DNA from: Octopus vulgaris
Taxonomy: Eukaryota
Direction: 5' to 3'
NCBI GenBank assembly: GCA_951406725.2
Contig: OX597815.1
Location: forward strand, 95,480,001 to 95,544,000
DNA length: 64,000 nt
The translations under genes and the position numbers were made by a program. Shown here in pieces: positions 38,849-51,964 of the stretch. Every line of letters begins with the position of its first letter. Within the stretch, counting starts at the first letter, position 1. Under the pieces are notes generated by a model. It ran no database searches. It worked only from the letters and a program-made list of their open reading frames with translations, and was not told where the DNA came from.

Positions 38849-41800
38849 GTCAAGAGAGAAAATGCTAAAATAATTTTATAAAAAATATTTCAGTACCGGT
38901 TTCAGCCATTGAGACATTTTCAACTTTAAGTATGGAAAACAATTACATTTTGAAAAATTAAAAGAAAAGTTTTTTTTTAAGAATATTTGTATAGTGTTCA
39001 AATACAAGTGGCACTTGCCCTGTTTCTGCTTGTCTCTGTCTCTCTAGTTTACGCTTGTCTCTGTCTCTGTCTCTCTTGTTCCCCCACCCCACCCCAAGAA
39101 GAAGAAGAAGAAGAAGAAGAAAAAAAATTCCCCGTTGTGGATGGTTGTAGTAACTGTTCAATTCATGAAACATCTCTTTTAAATGTTTTGTTTATGTAAT
39201 TGTTAATCTAAACAGTAATAGTGGTAAAGTTAGGAAAGAGAAGGAAGGAGACAAAGAAGAGGAAAGAGAAGGGAGAATAAGAAGGAATGCAGGTAGTATG
39301 AAAGCAGTAAGGTGTAATATGTTCAAATGACTTAAAAGTGGCACGTTATGGATTATAGCAGTGATTGGGACTATTTTTTTTATTGAATTCTTCGGAATCT
39401 CTTTTCATATTTGCGTGTGTATTTGTATTATTGTAAGGCCGTGGTAGATATGTCGTTTGTCGTAGGCGCGTTCAAAAGGAGTCTGTATTTTGTAATAAAG
39501 AGAGTCTCTTTACTAATACGTTGGCTCCAGGTTGTATCGTCCCTGAATTGGTAGAGAGGACAATTCTGAAGCTTGGATTTTTGTTATTGGCGCAAATGTC
39601 TATGTGTTCGCTGAATGCTATTTTTCTGTTTTGGGGAGTTTTGATCTGGGATCTGTGCAGAGTCATTCTTTTACGCAGACTGTTTTTCTTTGGCCTATGT
39701 ATTGCTCTTGACACCCAGAGCAGGTTAGTGTGTATATCAGGTTCTCCGTGGCACATGTGAAGTTGCTTTTCACTGTGAAATGTTGTCCCTGTTTGAAGGA
39801 GAACACTGATCCCTCAATTAAATTGATGCATATCCCACAGTTGGGTCTTCCGCATTTTTTTACTGACGGCTTCTGTGTTGTTGAGAGTATTCGTGATTGT
39901 GATAGGCTGTCTTCTGCTTTTTATGATGGTGTGTGTTTGGCGGATTAAGTTCATTCTGTGGTCCTTTTTTAGCATGGGAATGTTTTGGAGGAGGGTGTCG
40001 AAGGCTTCATTATTAAGAGGGTTGTGTGTGGAGTGTATGGTAGGGCTTTTGGTTGTAAATCTTTCTTTAATTTGCGATGTCTGAGTTCCTGAATGTTGAG
40101 TTGAAGGGCACGTTGAAAGCGTATGTCAATTAGTGAAGGTGGGTAGTTCGTGGTGATGAGTGTATCCTTTAATTCATGTCGTCGTGTGTCTCTGGTTTTT
40201 GCATTACAACCTATAGTACATATCTGTTTTGCTAGGTTGAAGGGGATATTCATTCTGGTGTGTCTGGTGTGGCGTGAGTTGAACGGTAGATATGGTTTGG
40301 AACCGTAGACTTATAGTATATATCTGTTTCTATTACGTTGTTAGATTTCTTAATGTGGATGTCGAGGAAGAGAAGTTGTTGCTGGCTATATTCCATCGTG
40401 AATTGAATGTTTAGGTCAACTCCATTTAAAAGTGCTTGGAATTCTTTAAGTTTGTCTATATTTTCATGCCAAAGAATGAAACAGTCATCTCTTCCAGTTA
40501 TTTTCTATGTAGAGGGAGAATGTCTAGAACCTTACGATAAAGACTAATTTCTAGATATCCCATGGCTAGGTTAGCAAAGGTGGGGGCCATTCTCGTACCC
40601 ATCGCAGTCCCCGATTTTTATCGGTAGAATTTGTCTTTGAAGGCGAAGTAGTTATTTTGCAGGATGAATTTTAGCCCTTCTATCACGAATTCTTTTTTGA
40701 TGCGATGTGGGAGTTCGCTGGCGTAATTCTCTAGCTAGAATTGAAATGCCTCTATTCCTACTTAGTGGGGGATATTGGAATAGAGGTTGACTACATCGAA
40801 GGATATTAGTAGGGTGTTTTTGTTTATTCTTTTAGGAAGGTGATTGAGCATATCAAGGTCGTCCCTTATATAGCTTTTGACATGTTTGAGGAATGGTTTT
40901 ATGAGGGTATCTAAAAGGTTACTGAGGCGGTCGGTTTCGCATGCGGGACCTGCTATTATAGGACTCAATTTGAGGTCATTAGGAGTAAGAACTTTAATTA
41001 TTATGTCTGTGGCTATCTTGCATGCGTAACTTATATTCTTACTTTTGTGTATCTTGAAAATACCGTAGAATTGTCTGATTTTACTTTTGAAATTGGTCAT
41101 ATAGTTATATTTTTTTGTATAATTTTAACATGAATTTTAGGTCTCTCATTATTTTCTGCTGACTCTAGTGTTGGGACTTTTCATAATATGTTGTGTCTTC
41201 CAATATGGATAGTACTAAAGTTATATAAAATACCGTGTCCATTAAGACAACTGCACTCACTTTATCAGCTTGTTTGATTATTATTGTTTTGTCATCTTTT
41301 AATTTGTTCAGCTCAGCCCATTCATGTTGCTAAAGTTTGGTTTGTGTTTTTGTTTCTGCATATGTTGATATGGGTAATTTGAGATGTGTTCACAGAAGTG
41401 ATCAAGAGTTGTGTTCTTACCTTTTGAGGGGGTGCATTTTCTTATATTTTGGACCAACGATTCGTCCTCGTTGTATTTGTCGTATAGCCGCTCAGCGAGT
41501 CGTAATTTTCTACAGAATTCCCCGATGTCTTCTTTCATTTCATTGTAGTTGGAGTGTTGTAAAGTGGGTGTAAACTTGAGTCCTTTGGAGATTATATTGA
41601 TTTGGTTTGCTGTTAGTTCATTGTGAGTTATATTGATAATTTTTATCACTTTTGGCTCCTCTTGCCTCTTTGGTGCTATCTTGTGTCTCTGTGTTTGCGT
41701 ATTGTGTCTAAAGCATGATTGCGTTGGTTTGGACGGTAGTTATTATGTAGTTGTTGATTGTTGTGCCTTGTTATGATTTATGGTGTGGGTTCTTGGAGCG

Positions 41801-42031
41801 GTATTAAAATGTGTGTCCTGATATCCCATATTCGGATGTGGCGTTTTAGGGCGCCGTCGTTGGTAATTATTGCGCGTGGTGCGGGTTTGTTGTATATGGT
41901 TGTTTAGTAGATTGTTGGAAAGAAAATTTCCTTGGTAACTCCTTATGGGAGGGGGAAGGGGATTGCAGCGTCTATCCTGCCGGTAGGGATTTATCCTTTC
42001 TCTGTCTGAAGTGAGGGTAATCCCGATATTG
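38846..42031 (-). mobile_element. Near full-length Penelope-like element (Neptune-type): RT, GIY-YIG and pLTR, with multiple frameshifts and stops
   Basis: SKGLKFTPT; ADKVSAVV; FYGIFKIHK..PIIAGP; SYIRD..D; SFDVVNLYSNIPH; GTAMGTRMAPTFANLAMG; LFLDI; IPFNLA; CGRPNCGIC; FTCATENLIY.LTC.GC.EQYIG. The pLTR has a hammerhead-like motif at 38891-38927. Confidence 0.95.
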
Positions 42032-42034
42032 TAT

Positions 42035-42480
42035 ATACTTTTCCTTGTCCCTTTAGTCCATTGTCGCAAATATTCTGTACATTGTTTGCAGACACTATGC
42101 GGTGCCCGATATTTATCTTGGTCTCCCAGCTTGACCCCAAAATGCCATATTCGCTCTTTCAATAAAATCAGTGAAGTTTGTTCGATTTTCAAGTAATGTG
42201 TATTTTCCACATACCAATACACATTTGGAGAATTAACGCAACACTTTCTTGAAGAGGACATCTTGTTCATTTTCTAATGCTTAGTTAACCAAAATATCTA
42301 AAAAGTATGGAAAAAGAAACAAAAACGTAGAATTAGAATAAGGTAACGAACATTGCATACTGGACGTACACATGTACAACTAGATCTGATAGGTCAGAAA
42401 GAAGGTTATATTTAGATTTAGGAGACGAATTTTATATAAGAATGATGTCTATTTTCTAAACACCAAAACACCATAGGAAA
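42035..42480 (-). mobile_element. Chapaev3-like (CMC superfamily) DNA transposon 5' fragment
   Basis: CVNSPNV....HFGVKLGDQDKYRAPHSVCKQC.EYLRQW.KG.RKS matches my recollection of the Chapaev3 transposase N-terminus (FG.KLGDQDK.WAPH..C..C...L..W). The putative terminal region is at ~42380-42480. Confidence 0.75.
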
Positions 42481-44182
42481 CTAGAAACAATGCTGCATGA
42501 AGAATTGATTCTGAAAACGTTCATCAATTCAACCTTGAAGAGAGGGAAATTAATTATGAATACATATTGGATAGTAGATAAAGAAACATAGATAAGAGAA
42601 ATGGATGAATCACAAACAAGGAAATGAATAGGAAACAATGAACTCGACAAAGGGCAGCAGATACACGTGAACGAATGGGATAGGAAAGAATTCTAAAACG
42701 AAGACAGTAAAAAAGAAAGACGAAAGGAGAACGATGATGATAGTCATGATAATGAAGACAACGATGACGATGATAAATTTTGACAGTGGTACTGTCGATA
42801 ATGATGATATAATCGTGATGGTATAAACATGATGGTGAAGGTTGGGGATAATGATGATGACAATGGTAATGATAATGATGATGATGATGATGATGGTAGC
42901 GAGGGCGGTGGTGGTGGTGGGGATGATGATGATGATGATGATGATTATACTTGTGATATTTAAAACATGTTGAAATTTGCAATTACTTATTAAAGTTGTC
43001 AAGCAGAGGTTACATCATTATTTTTAATAATCAATAATATGTATGGCTCTTTTTAAACGGTGTAATATATTTGTTAGGATGTGTTTCATTTAATATGTTT
43101 CTTACACCATTTAAATGATAATTAATACCACGAATTTAAAAGATTATTCGTCAAAGAAATAAATCAGTGTATAAATTGTAAATAGAATTAAGATTCCTTT
43201 GACCATATATAGCCGAAATGTTATTTCATCGACTCTTGTTATTTTTACTACTTACGCAGTAAATGCCGTTAATGAGTTGTAATTCATACATCGTTTTCCA
43301 AGTAGGTTTAGAAAGTAATTGAATTAGTTGCTAATTGATATGACAGCATCATAAGCCCAATTACATGATTTTGCTATAATTAAAAATTAAAATAAAACGT
43401 ATAGGCTGAGATAAATTTATTTCATCTATTTTTGCAAACAGAACGAAAAAGAGAAAAATCAGTTGTTTCTAATGAAATTAGCATACATTGCATAATTGTA
43501 TTTTTCAAAGAATAACTAAACATGTAAGTTTAGCGTCTTAGTCGCACATATGAAAATAAACAACGCGATATCTGTATTGATTTACATGTCTTCTGAACAT
43601 GTCTCTGATTAATATATATATACATAGTTACAGAATGCAGACTTTTATTAAGGATTTTGAGCATTAAATCTATCATGTGCCAACAGATTTATGATCATAT
43701 GCATTTGACCTATAACTATGCCATTGTTTTGGAAGTATATAATACTAAATTGTCTAAAATGTTATTTTCCTAAGATGCTATGACTTATTTCAAGGAACGT
43801 TGGCTGCTATTTCAAGCATATTACATTGTTAAACAGATCTCCCTTGTCAAGGAACATATGTTAGAAGGTTCAAACAAATTAGCACAAATACTAATTGTTT
43901 ATTTTATCGAGCGATCAATGCAAGCCGATAAAGGGTATTGAAATCCATATCTTGATCAGACGTAATTAAATACAGCAACAAATTCGCACTACTTTTCTAC
44001 GCATTCTTACTATACACTTCCTATGCACTACATCCGACAAATAATGATATTTGGTTCTCTTCACATTCGTCTGAAAGACATTAGATCAGCGGGTGACACA
44101 TGAAATAGTAAATTGATGTATAATTCATTTGATGGCAATGGGAGACCTTTCAACCAAAAGGAACAACAGACTGATTTAATTG

Positions 44183-44470
44183 TTAGGATTTGTCTAAGTT
44201 TTGGGAAACAGAGCAGTGTTCTTCACTTTGCTTTCGCCATCTATATTGTGTAATTACTTCGATGTGCTCGAAACGAGCCATTCTTTTTGATTTGCATTCT
44301 ATTTCAGAAAACACATTTATAACAATCATTTGTGATAAGGTGATATTTCCTGAAATTGTTATTGACTGTAAAGAAACCATTTCGCCGGAAACGTCATTGG
44401 AAATAGAACTACTCTGATAATATATTAGATTAAATTCAACTGAGATTAAGACTGATTGGTGTGACTTCAA
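44183..44470 (-). other. Candidate exon, acceptor side only, 3' boundary undefined
   Basis: Minus-strand acceptor ctttttgtttctttctag|TTGAAG at 44470 in non-repetitive sequence. An open frame runs to 44183 but no domain is recognisable. Confidence 0.2.
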
Positions 44471-44775
44471 CTAGAAAGAAACAAAAAGTAATTTATCATT
44501 CTTTCAGAGCAAAATGATCATGGTTCAGTTTTTGCAAATGCAATTACTCAACATACCAACTCCTTTAATGGGATTCGGGAAATTTAATAGGTTCATGATT
44601 AATCTCTTTCCATTTCATGCAAAATACTATAAGACCGGGTGTCTCTTATTCAGCGGAATTGTTCCATGATTATAACAACACATCATTATTTAGAAGAAAT
44701 ACAATTAAAGTTCCATGGTCCAAAACATATTCGATGTAATAATCGAATAATGCATTACTTTATAAACCGTACACA

Positions 44776-44817
<42 letters not shown>

Positions 44818-45604
44818 CTCTCTCACTCTCTCCCTCACTTTCTCTCTCTCACACTTTTTCTCTCACTCTCTTTCTCTATCTGACAGACATATTACTTCGA
44901 TGTGCACAATATTATTGACAGCGATTTCGAATTTTCGTCCAGATTCCAATGCAGTAAAATTAATATTGGCTTTATATAGCTTCCCTTAAGTTAAAGATTT
45001 CTTTAGGTATGTGATTTCTGTAGAGTAGTAACTAGGTTTCAGGGTAGGTTGTTATAGAGAGATATTTTGGAGAAATTTTATCGATTTGGTTTCAGGTTAT
45101 TTTAGTGTTTTGTAGAATGTTTTCGCGCTTGTATAACTTGGTAAGCAGGTGTGAATATTCAGATGTGTACGAACAGGATAAGGTAGTTGCTTTGGTTAGT
45201 TTTGGTTTAGTTAGTTGTGATTTTATTCTTTTGCTTTGACAATGTAAAGGTTAAGAATTCAATATTTATTCCTTACTTTCTTACTAATTGGGTGTATCAA
45301 CATTTTAGTAATAGAAATTCTTAGGGCTTCAGCAGAAAATGTAAATAGGCGGCTTGTTTTGGTTTGTTAGTTATTTTACTGCTGTTGTTGGTATTTAGGG
45401 TGTTTCCTGTTTTTATTTGGAAGAGGGCAGTTATTAGTCGATCACGTCGTCATGGACTTGTTAGCACAAAAATTAGCTTGTTATGGGCTTTGTTATTCAC
45501 AAACAACGTGGGTGGGCGTAACGTTCGCTGGTCTGTATGTTGCTCTCTAGGTGTACATTGTTCTACAAAAAAATTTAGTATGTAGAAATTGTAACCCTTG
45601 TGTT

Positions 45605-45975
45605 ACATGGAATTAGATTTTGTGAGCAAATCCGATGCCTACATCATCATCCTTTTCTACTCTACTTTTGCCCAACCCCACCTTGAGTACTGCTGCCCAC
45701 TGATGTCTCTCCACAGGAAGCAACACATTATGAAAGTGGAAGCTCTACAAAGGTCAATAACAAGAAAGATAGACGGTATGATAGGCTTTGACTATTGCAG
45801 TCGATTAAAGAAACTCAATCTCTACTTTCAACAACCCCGCCGTTGCACAAACTTTAATATTCACCAAAGACTTGGCCCCCGTGCTATCTGCCCACTATAA
45901 AAATCGAACTCACGATATATAACATTACGCCACAACTATTTTACCTCAACCCGTCCAGTTCTCTTTAATACTATA
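45605..45975 (+). mobile_element. CR1-group LINE RT C-terminal fragment
   Basis: FYSTFAQPHLEYCCPLMS..RKQHIMKVEALQRSITRKIDGM..FDY..RLKKLNLY. Confidence 0.85.
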
Positions 45976-46286
45976 TGAAAAATATGTAAAAATACTAAGT
46001 GTGAAAAATCAACATAGGCAACGGCGGCACAGACAATATTGAACCACAATACAGCGTACGGTTGTCATGGTAACAAGCTGTTAATGTTACGCTGTCTGTT
46101 GATTGGCTAAAATTACCCAAATTTCCCAAATTGAATTCCAAATAACATCAAATTCTTTAATTTATGAGATAAAGTAAATTGGCTGATCGTAATCAAAATT
46201 CAGAGTTGCATCGATACACCGAAATTGAAAGCAATATGAGCGAAGTTAAGTGGATCTCATTTTGCGAATGAGAAACACTAGAACCG

Positions 46287-46348
<62 letters not shown>

Positions 46349-46349
<1 letters not shown>

Positions 46350-47001
46350 GGAGATGGACAAGAAACAATAAATCATATTATCTCTAGCTGCCCAGTCCTG
46401 GCTAAGAAGGAATATATTCACAGACATGACAGAGTTGGAACCTACATACATTGGAAGCTATGCCAACATTATGGAATAACAACAGAAAAAAGATGGTATA
46501 GGCACACACCAGAAAAGGTCACAGAAAACGAGAAAGCAACCATACTCTGGGATATGCCGATACACACAGATAGAGAAATTAAGGCCAACAGACCAGATAT
46601 AGTTGTCAGAGATCATGAAGAAAAAAAATGCTTTCTAATTGATGTATCAATACCGGCAGATGACAACGTGTCTCTAAAAGAAATGGAGAAACTCTCAAAA
46701 TACAAAGACCTGGAAATAGAGGTAACTAGAATGTGGAACCTGAAAACAGAAACAATTCCTATCATAGTAGGTGCATAAGGCATGATAAAAAAATATTCAG
46801 ACAAATACATAACAAAAACACCAGGACTTACAAACACATATAACATACAGAAAATTGCACTACTAGGCACTGCACACATCCTACGCAGAACACTTTCCAT
46901 ACAATAACCATCAGAGCATCACAACAAATCACAGCACATACCCAAGGCACACAGAGCTGCGCTTGGTAGTGAAGTGAAAGCACGCTATAAAAATAAAACT
47001 A

Positions 47002-47032
<31 letters not shown>

Positions 47033-47038
47033 GTAATG

Positions 47039-47100
<62 letters not shown>

Positions 47101-47165
47101 CCAAGGCACACAGAGCTGCGCTCGGTAGTGAAGTGAAAGCACGCTATAAAAATAAATTAAAACTA

Positions 47166-47168
<3 letters not shown>
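46349..47168 (+). mobile_element. R4/Dong-clade LINE 3' end (CCHC tail, restriction-like endonuclease, 3' UTR) inserted in (TAA)n, with duplicated terminus
   Basis: Frame ETINHIISSCP.LA..EY..RHD....IHW...WY.H.P......ILWD..I.TD..I.ANRPD.......LIDVSIP.D......EK..KYKDL..E...W......PIIVGA*G...QKIALLGTAHILR, ending at 46907 with only one in-frame stop. (TAA)n lies at 46288-46348, 47006-47099 and 47169-47207. Confidence 0.95.
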
Positions 47169-47203
<35 letters not shown>

Positions 47204-48409
47204 TAATAAAAATATCAATCCAATAGGAAGATTCTTGGCCCCATATGGTGGTCTCATATCAAGATTAAACCATGCTGGTGGAGTCCAAATATTATTTTCT
47301 TCGTGTCGTGTAGACCATCCCGCTCAGAAGGTCCTAGAATAAGGATTGTTTAAGCACGTTGAATGAAACACCTTTGTTTTCAGAGATGAATTATCCAAAC
47401 CCAAAAGAATTCCTCAAAACACATGGCTATGATGCTCCCCAACTACTTCTGCTCGTGATCAGAGATGCACTTATAGTCACCCACTAAGGGATATGCTCAA
47501 CTGGTTAAAGTCAAACAATTGACAATTTAATCTGTGGTATTGTGCAGAATATCTGTTGTAGCCCATCTTTTATACCAAAACAAAACAATGTACAGGATAG
47601 CACTTCCAACCAGTTGTGATAAAAAAAACGATGAGAGCCATTATTTCTAGTATTGTTATTATCAGATTTATAATCATCCATGTTGGTGTCATTGTTTTTA
47701 GTTTTCATCATAATTTTTCTTCGTATTGCTACTTCACTTATTTTATCTAGAATAAATATCTAATAGATATTTATAGTTCCGTACTAAATTACTATACTCA
47801 CTTGTCCCTGTTGTAACTTGCTACGGGCGTCGGTATCGCCATATTTTCCAATATAAATTATATTTCCTCTTCTCTCTCTTCGTTTTCGCTTCCCCTCCTT
47901 CTTGTTCAACTTAACTCTCATCATTTTCTTCTATCTCTTCTATTTCTTCTTAATATAAGCTTTGTTGTTGTTGTTCTTCTTGTTTTCTTCTTCCTCTTCT
48001 TCTACTTTTTCTTCTTCTTCTTCTTCTTCTTCTTCTTCTTCTTCTTCTTCTTGTTATCATTATTCGACTGCTTTTTCGCTCACTAACCATATGCCTGTCT
48101 GCTTTAGTACTGACATTGTATTTCTCCTGTTCGTCGTTTCACAATTCTCAAATGTATTTTATTCTTTCTCCTCCCAATATATGCAAAACACAAAAAGTGG
48201 CAGACGCAAAATGCAAGAGAGTACCTGTGATGGATGTCTGAAAAATTACCATTCTCATGTTTAAATCGCAAATATCACGTAGTTCTTCACATGGCACACT
48301 GTGAAGTTGGTAGAGAAACAATTGTAACTGGTCATTAAAGATATAATAAAGTCGCTTTTTGTCTTCTTATTTCAATTGCTTTCATTTTACACACACACAC
48401 ACACACACA

Positions 48410-48465
<56 letters not shown>

Positions 48466-48879
48466 CATACATATATTCATACATACACACGCGCACACAG
48501 GCACACTTACGAACGTATATATGAAAAATGTTCGTATAATGATGCAACGTAATGGATATGTAGTATAAGTGTTCGGTTTGAAAACTCCGGGCTTGAAATG
48601 CGACTGAAAGAAAGGCGATGTTGAAGCTGCTAATCAAAGACGGCTAGAAGTGGTTCATCGTTGATCAAGTAGATACTTATTAGAAAAAGAGAATGAACAA
48701 GCAAAATATTTAGTATCACTTCAGAACGTAGAACTTATAATGTAAACATGGTGCAGAGTATTTTATAATAAATTCAGGATTATGAATACGCGATTATTTA
48801 CGCATTACTTCATAATCCTCTATTTAATATAACTACTCAGTACTGTGATTAAATTATAAATCAAATGCTGTAAAGTGAT

Positions 48880-49068
48880 ACCAATTGCTTTTCGTCTTTC
48901 TCCTTTCTTACTAATACACACACGCAGTTCAGACTTATACAAATAAACAAGAGAGTGACATGTGAGGCAACAGCAAACGAAGTTTGAAGCTGATCACACG
49001 GAGGAATTGTGTTTGCATCCATATTGGATAAAAATTCGATAATTGTATGGAATTCATAGTAAATTCTC
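48880..49068 (-). other. Candidate exon downstream of the 49393-49550 exon
   Basis: Acceptor ttttttgttttgtttag|GAGAAT at 49068. In phase 0 it reads ENLL*. The donor is uncertain (gtaaga near 48910 or gtatca near 48880). Confidence 0.25.
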
Positions 49069-49392
49069 CTAAACAAAACAAAAAATCAATGGGAACTACA
49101 CGCGTGGATGAGAATTTTTGAATGATTATCTCTCTTGGCTTTCACTTTAGGAAGAAACTGTGCTGGATGTTGAATTGGCTTTATTTATATTATATTATGG
49201 GTATGTGTAATGTTGGTATGTTTGTGTGTTGAGGGAGTACATTAGTAGGGAAAGTGTCTTATATGTGTGAAGTTCATATGGTGTATATATTCAATGTTCA
49301 CGTTCTGGGAAGAAAACTCAGTTAGGATCGTTGGATGCAGGCAACAAACGTTTCATCCTTGATATTTAAGATGTTGACTGGATTATATTTAC

Positions 49393-49550
49393 CTTTTCAG
49401 TAATATAAATCTCACATTTGTAACCCTTCCCTTGTAATTTCTGAATCTTGCAAGAATACTCCATGTTCTCCATGTTATCTGGGGACTGCTTATTCATTCT
49501 TCTTTCAATGTCCATACCGTATTGTATAGGTATGTCGAGCCTACATTCTT
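49393..49550 (-). other. Candidate 158-nt internal exon of an unidentified transcript
   Basis: Acceptor ttttctctattctttcctttctatag| and donor AAG|gtaaat. One frame is open: ECRLDIPIQYGMDIERRMNKQSPDNMENMEYSCKIQKLQGKGYKCEIYITEK. Confidence 0.4.
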
Positions 49551-50668
49551 CTATAGAAAGGAAAGAATAGAGAAAACAGATGGTCAGAGGAAAAAAATCA
49601 GAGAGAAAAAAAACTTGCGAAAATAATGCATGTGTCGGTAGGTTAGCCAAGCATTATGATTGAGTTGATATAAGGCAATGCTTTACAATAGAATATATCA
49701 ATATATTTTAGTCAATACTGTAATATTCAAATTTATGCACCGCGTCTTTAAATACAGTATTTCTGCGACAGAGCAAAGGGATCAAGAGAAATAAGATTAA
49801 TACAGTATTAGGAATACATCAGTGGTTGTGTAACTTCTTTTGGAACGGTGCTAAATCCGCTATTAAGTGAATCGGACAAACAGATTTGTACACACAACGC
49901 ATTCCTGAGATATTTATTCAATTAATAAGTTTAAGGTGCATTAAAAATCTGTTCTTTGAAGAACATAAATACGCATTTGAAGCATCATGTAATAAAGAGA
50001 CACGACAACCTGAATATATAAGCTCCTCCGGCGAAACTTCGAATTAATATGTATTCTTAAGTTGTGTATGTTAATAAATATATGAACTTTTTGGATAGGC
50101 AAATAGAGACCGATACAATAAGTACTATGCGGCATGTTCAGTTAAAGCCGTCAAGGCGGTTCCACAGTTTCGATACAATCCGATGTGTGTGTGCGTAAAC
50201 GTGGTACTAGTTCCAATATACTTAAGAGATACTTGAAACCTTACAGGGATCAAACCTGCAGCTTGTCTGGAGGAGTATTCTCGCTTAGACATATAAGCAC
50301 CATAGTCAGTTTAGAGAGACATCTAATAGATAGATGGTTGCATACATTTTAAGTAGATATCTTCTCAACAGCACCAAATACAAAATAGTCCATTCGAAAC
50401 TGATAAGGTTTCTATTATTCAAGACCAATCCAAATAATTTGACTGGTTGTGCTTTCGGATGATGAGAATATAACTACATCGAAATGCATTCCTCCCGCTA
50501 TCCCCTAAAGGGCATCTAGCGAGGTTATTTTTTCATCTCTTTGTCTACAGCGAGGTTATTTCTTCGTGACAAAGTTCAGTGAACAGTCTTCCTAAGGATT
50601 CAGGTATCTCGAAATTATATTGGCACTGGAACCATGTTTATTTTTTTTTTTCAGTGAACCCCTAGAAC

Positions 50669-50772
50669 GTCTTTCTAACGTTTCGAGCCTACGCTATTCC
50701 ACAAAAAGGAACACAGAAAGAACAGTGAGAGAAAATAAAGAATGCGTAGTGGCTAGCGATCTGTCATGGCGA
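50669..50772 (-). mobile_element. Short solo copy of the 53478-family pLTR with decayed hammerhead variant
   Basis: Reverse complement ctttTTGTGGAatagcgtaggctcGAAAcgttagaaagac. Aligns with 55311-55425 and 34267-34366. Confidence 0.75.
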
Positions 50773-50831
50773 ATATATATATAATTCAATGTATATATGA
50801 ATATATATATAATTCTTGGCGTTTTCTGAAT

Positions 50832-50890
<59 letters not shown>

Positions 50891-51412
50891 ATAACAGTAG
50901 TATAATGGATATTTCTATCCCTTAGACGATTATTTTAAACCGTAACTCAGCTAACCCTGTGGTCATTCTCTAAACGGACACACAGATGATTGATGGCTGG
51001 GTGCCTGTCATGATTGGGAAAATTGAAGACGCGAAAAAAATCCTCATTGGTACTAGTGTATCTTTCTCCGTCATAAAGTGTATCTTCGTCATTTTTATTT
51101 ATCTGTTGGCTGCCATTCTACATAAGAGTATGCGTTGCAGCATCGAAACATTTGTTTATACATATGTTTGCAAACTTACATGTTAGAGATAACATAGTTA
51201 CAGAACTCAACATTGACGCTGGCTACCTGTATTCATTTTACGTCATTGTAGAATACTGATCATCTACATCTACCCCGACTCATTTTGCAGTGTGAGAGAA
51301 TTGTTCTCGGAAATGTTTCGAAAATTAAAATGCGGATTAAATGAAAAAATTAGTTACGTCAATATGTTCACAAGAGCAATTGGAATGACGATTGTGGAAC
51401 GTCCCATGCTCG

Positions 51413-51452
<40 letters not shown>

Positions 51453-51739
51453 GTATCAAACATCAGATGAAATGGAAGCGTGTGTGAGAGAGGGGGAGAG
51501 AAGGGGTGTGTTTTCGTATATGCATAAATTAATATGCATATATCCTTTTTGTATGTGTGCGTGTGTCTGTGTGCGTGTGTGTGAGAGAGAGAGAGCGTGA
51601 ATGCCACTTAGACATCACACTCTCTCTCCCACACATACAAAAAAGATATATGCATATATGACAACACACCTATCTCTACCTACCTACCTACCTACCTACC
51701 TACCTAACAACTTGCCTACCTACCAGGCATTCACAAAGG

Positions 51740-51955
51740 AATAAAGAGAGAGGGAGACAGACTGTCTGTAAACTATGGAAATATTTACCTTTTCAAAATT
51801 TATGAAAATATCTACTAAACATTTCAATTATTTATTCTCTAATTTAATTGTTTTTCTTAATTTACTCTTAGTTGTAAAAGTCTAAGAAGACGAAAAGAGG
51901 TACTAAAATATACTTCAAGATGAAATTATTTTAGCATTTTCCACCTTGTCTTATT
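51740..51955 (+). mobile_element. Old pLTR related to the 37131/38846 family
   Basis: ttag-ttgtaaa-agtc-taagaa-gac-gaaa-agag-gta-ctaa followed by aattattttagcattttc, which matches the reverse complement of 38858-38875. Confidence 0.55.
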
Positions 51956-51964
51956 TTCCTTATT

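Noticed and set aside
42554-43002. Poly-His and poly-Ile ORFs
   Set aside because: They derive from (GAT)n and (GGT)n trinucleotide repeats.
44990-45590. Strand-skewed T/G-rich block resembling a retroelement 5' region
   Set aside because: No diagnostic protein motif could be read, so it was left unassigned.
46255-46281. Helitron 3' end (hairpin tctcatt/aatgaga followed by CTAG)
   Set aside because: The hairpin is AT-rich, CTAG is not followed by T, and no matching 5' end or RepHel sequence is visible.
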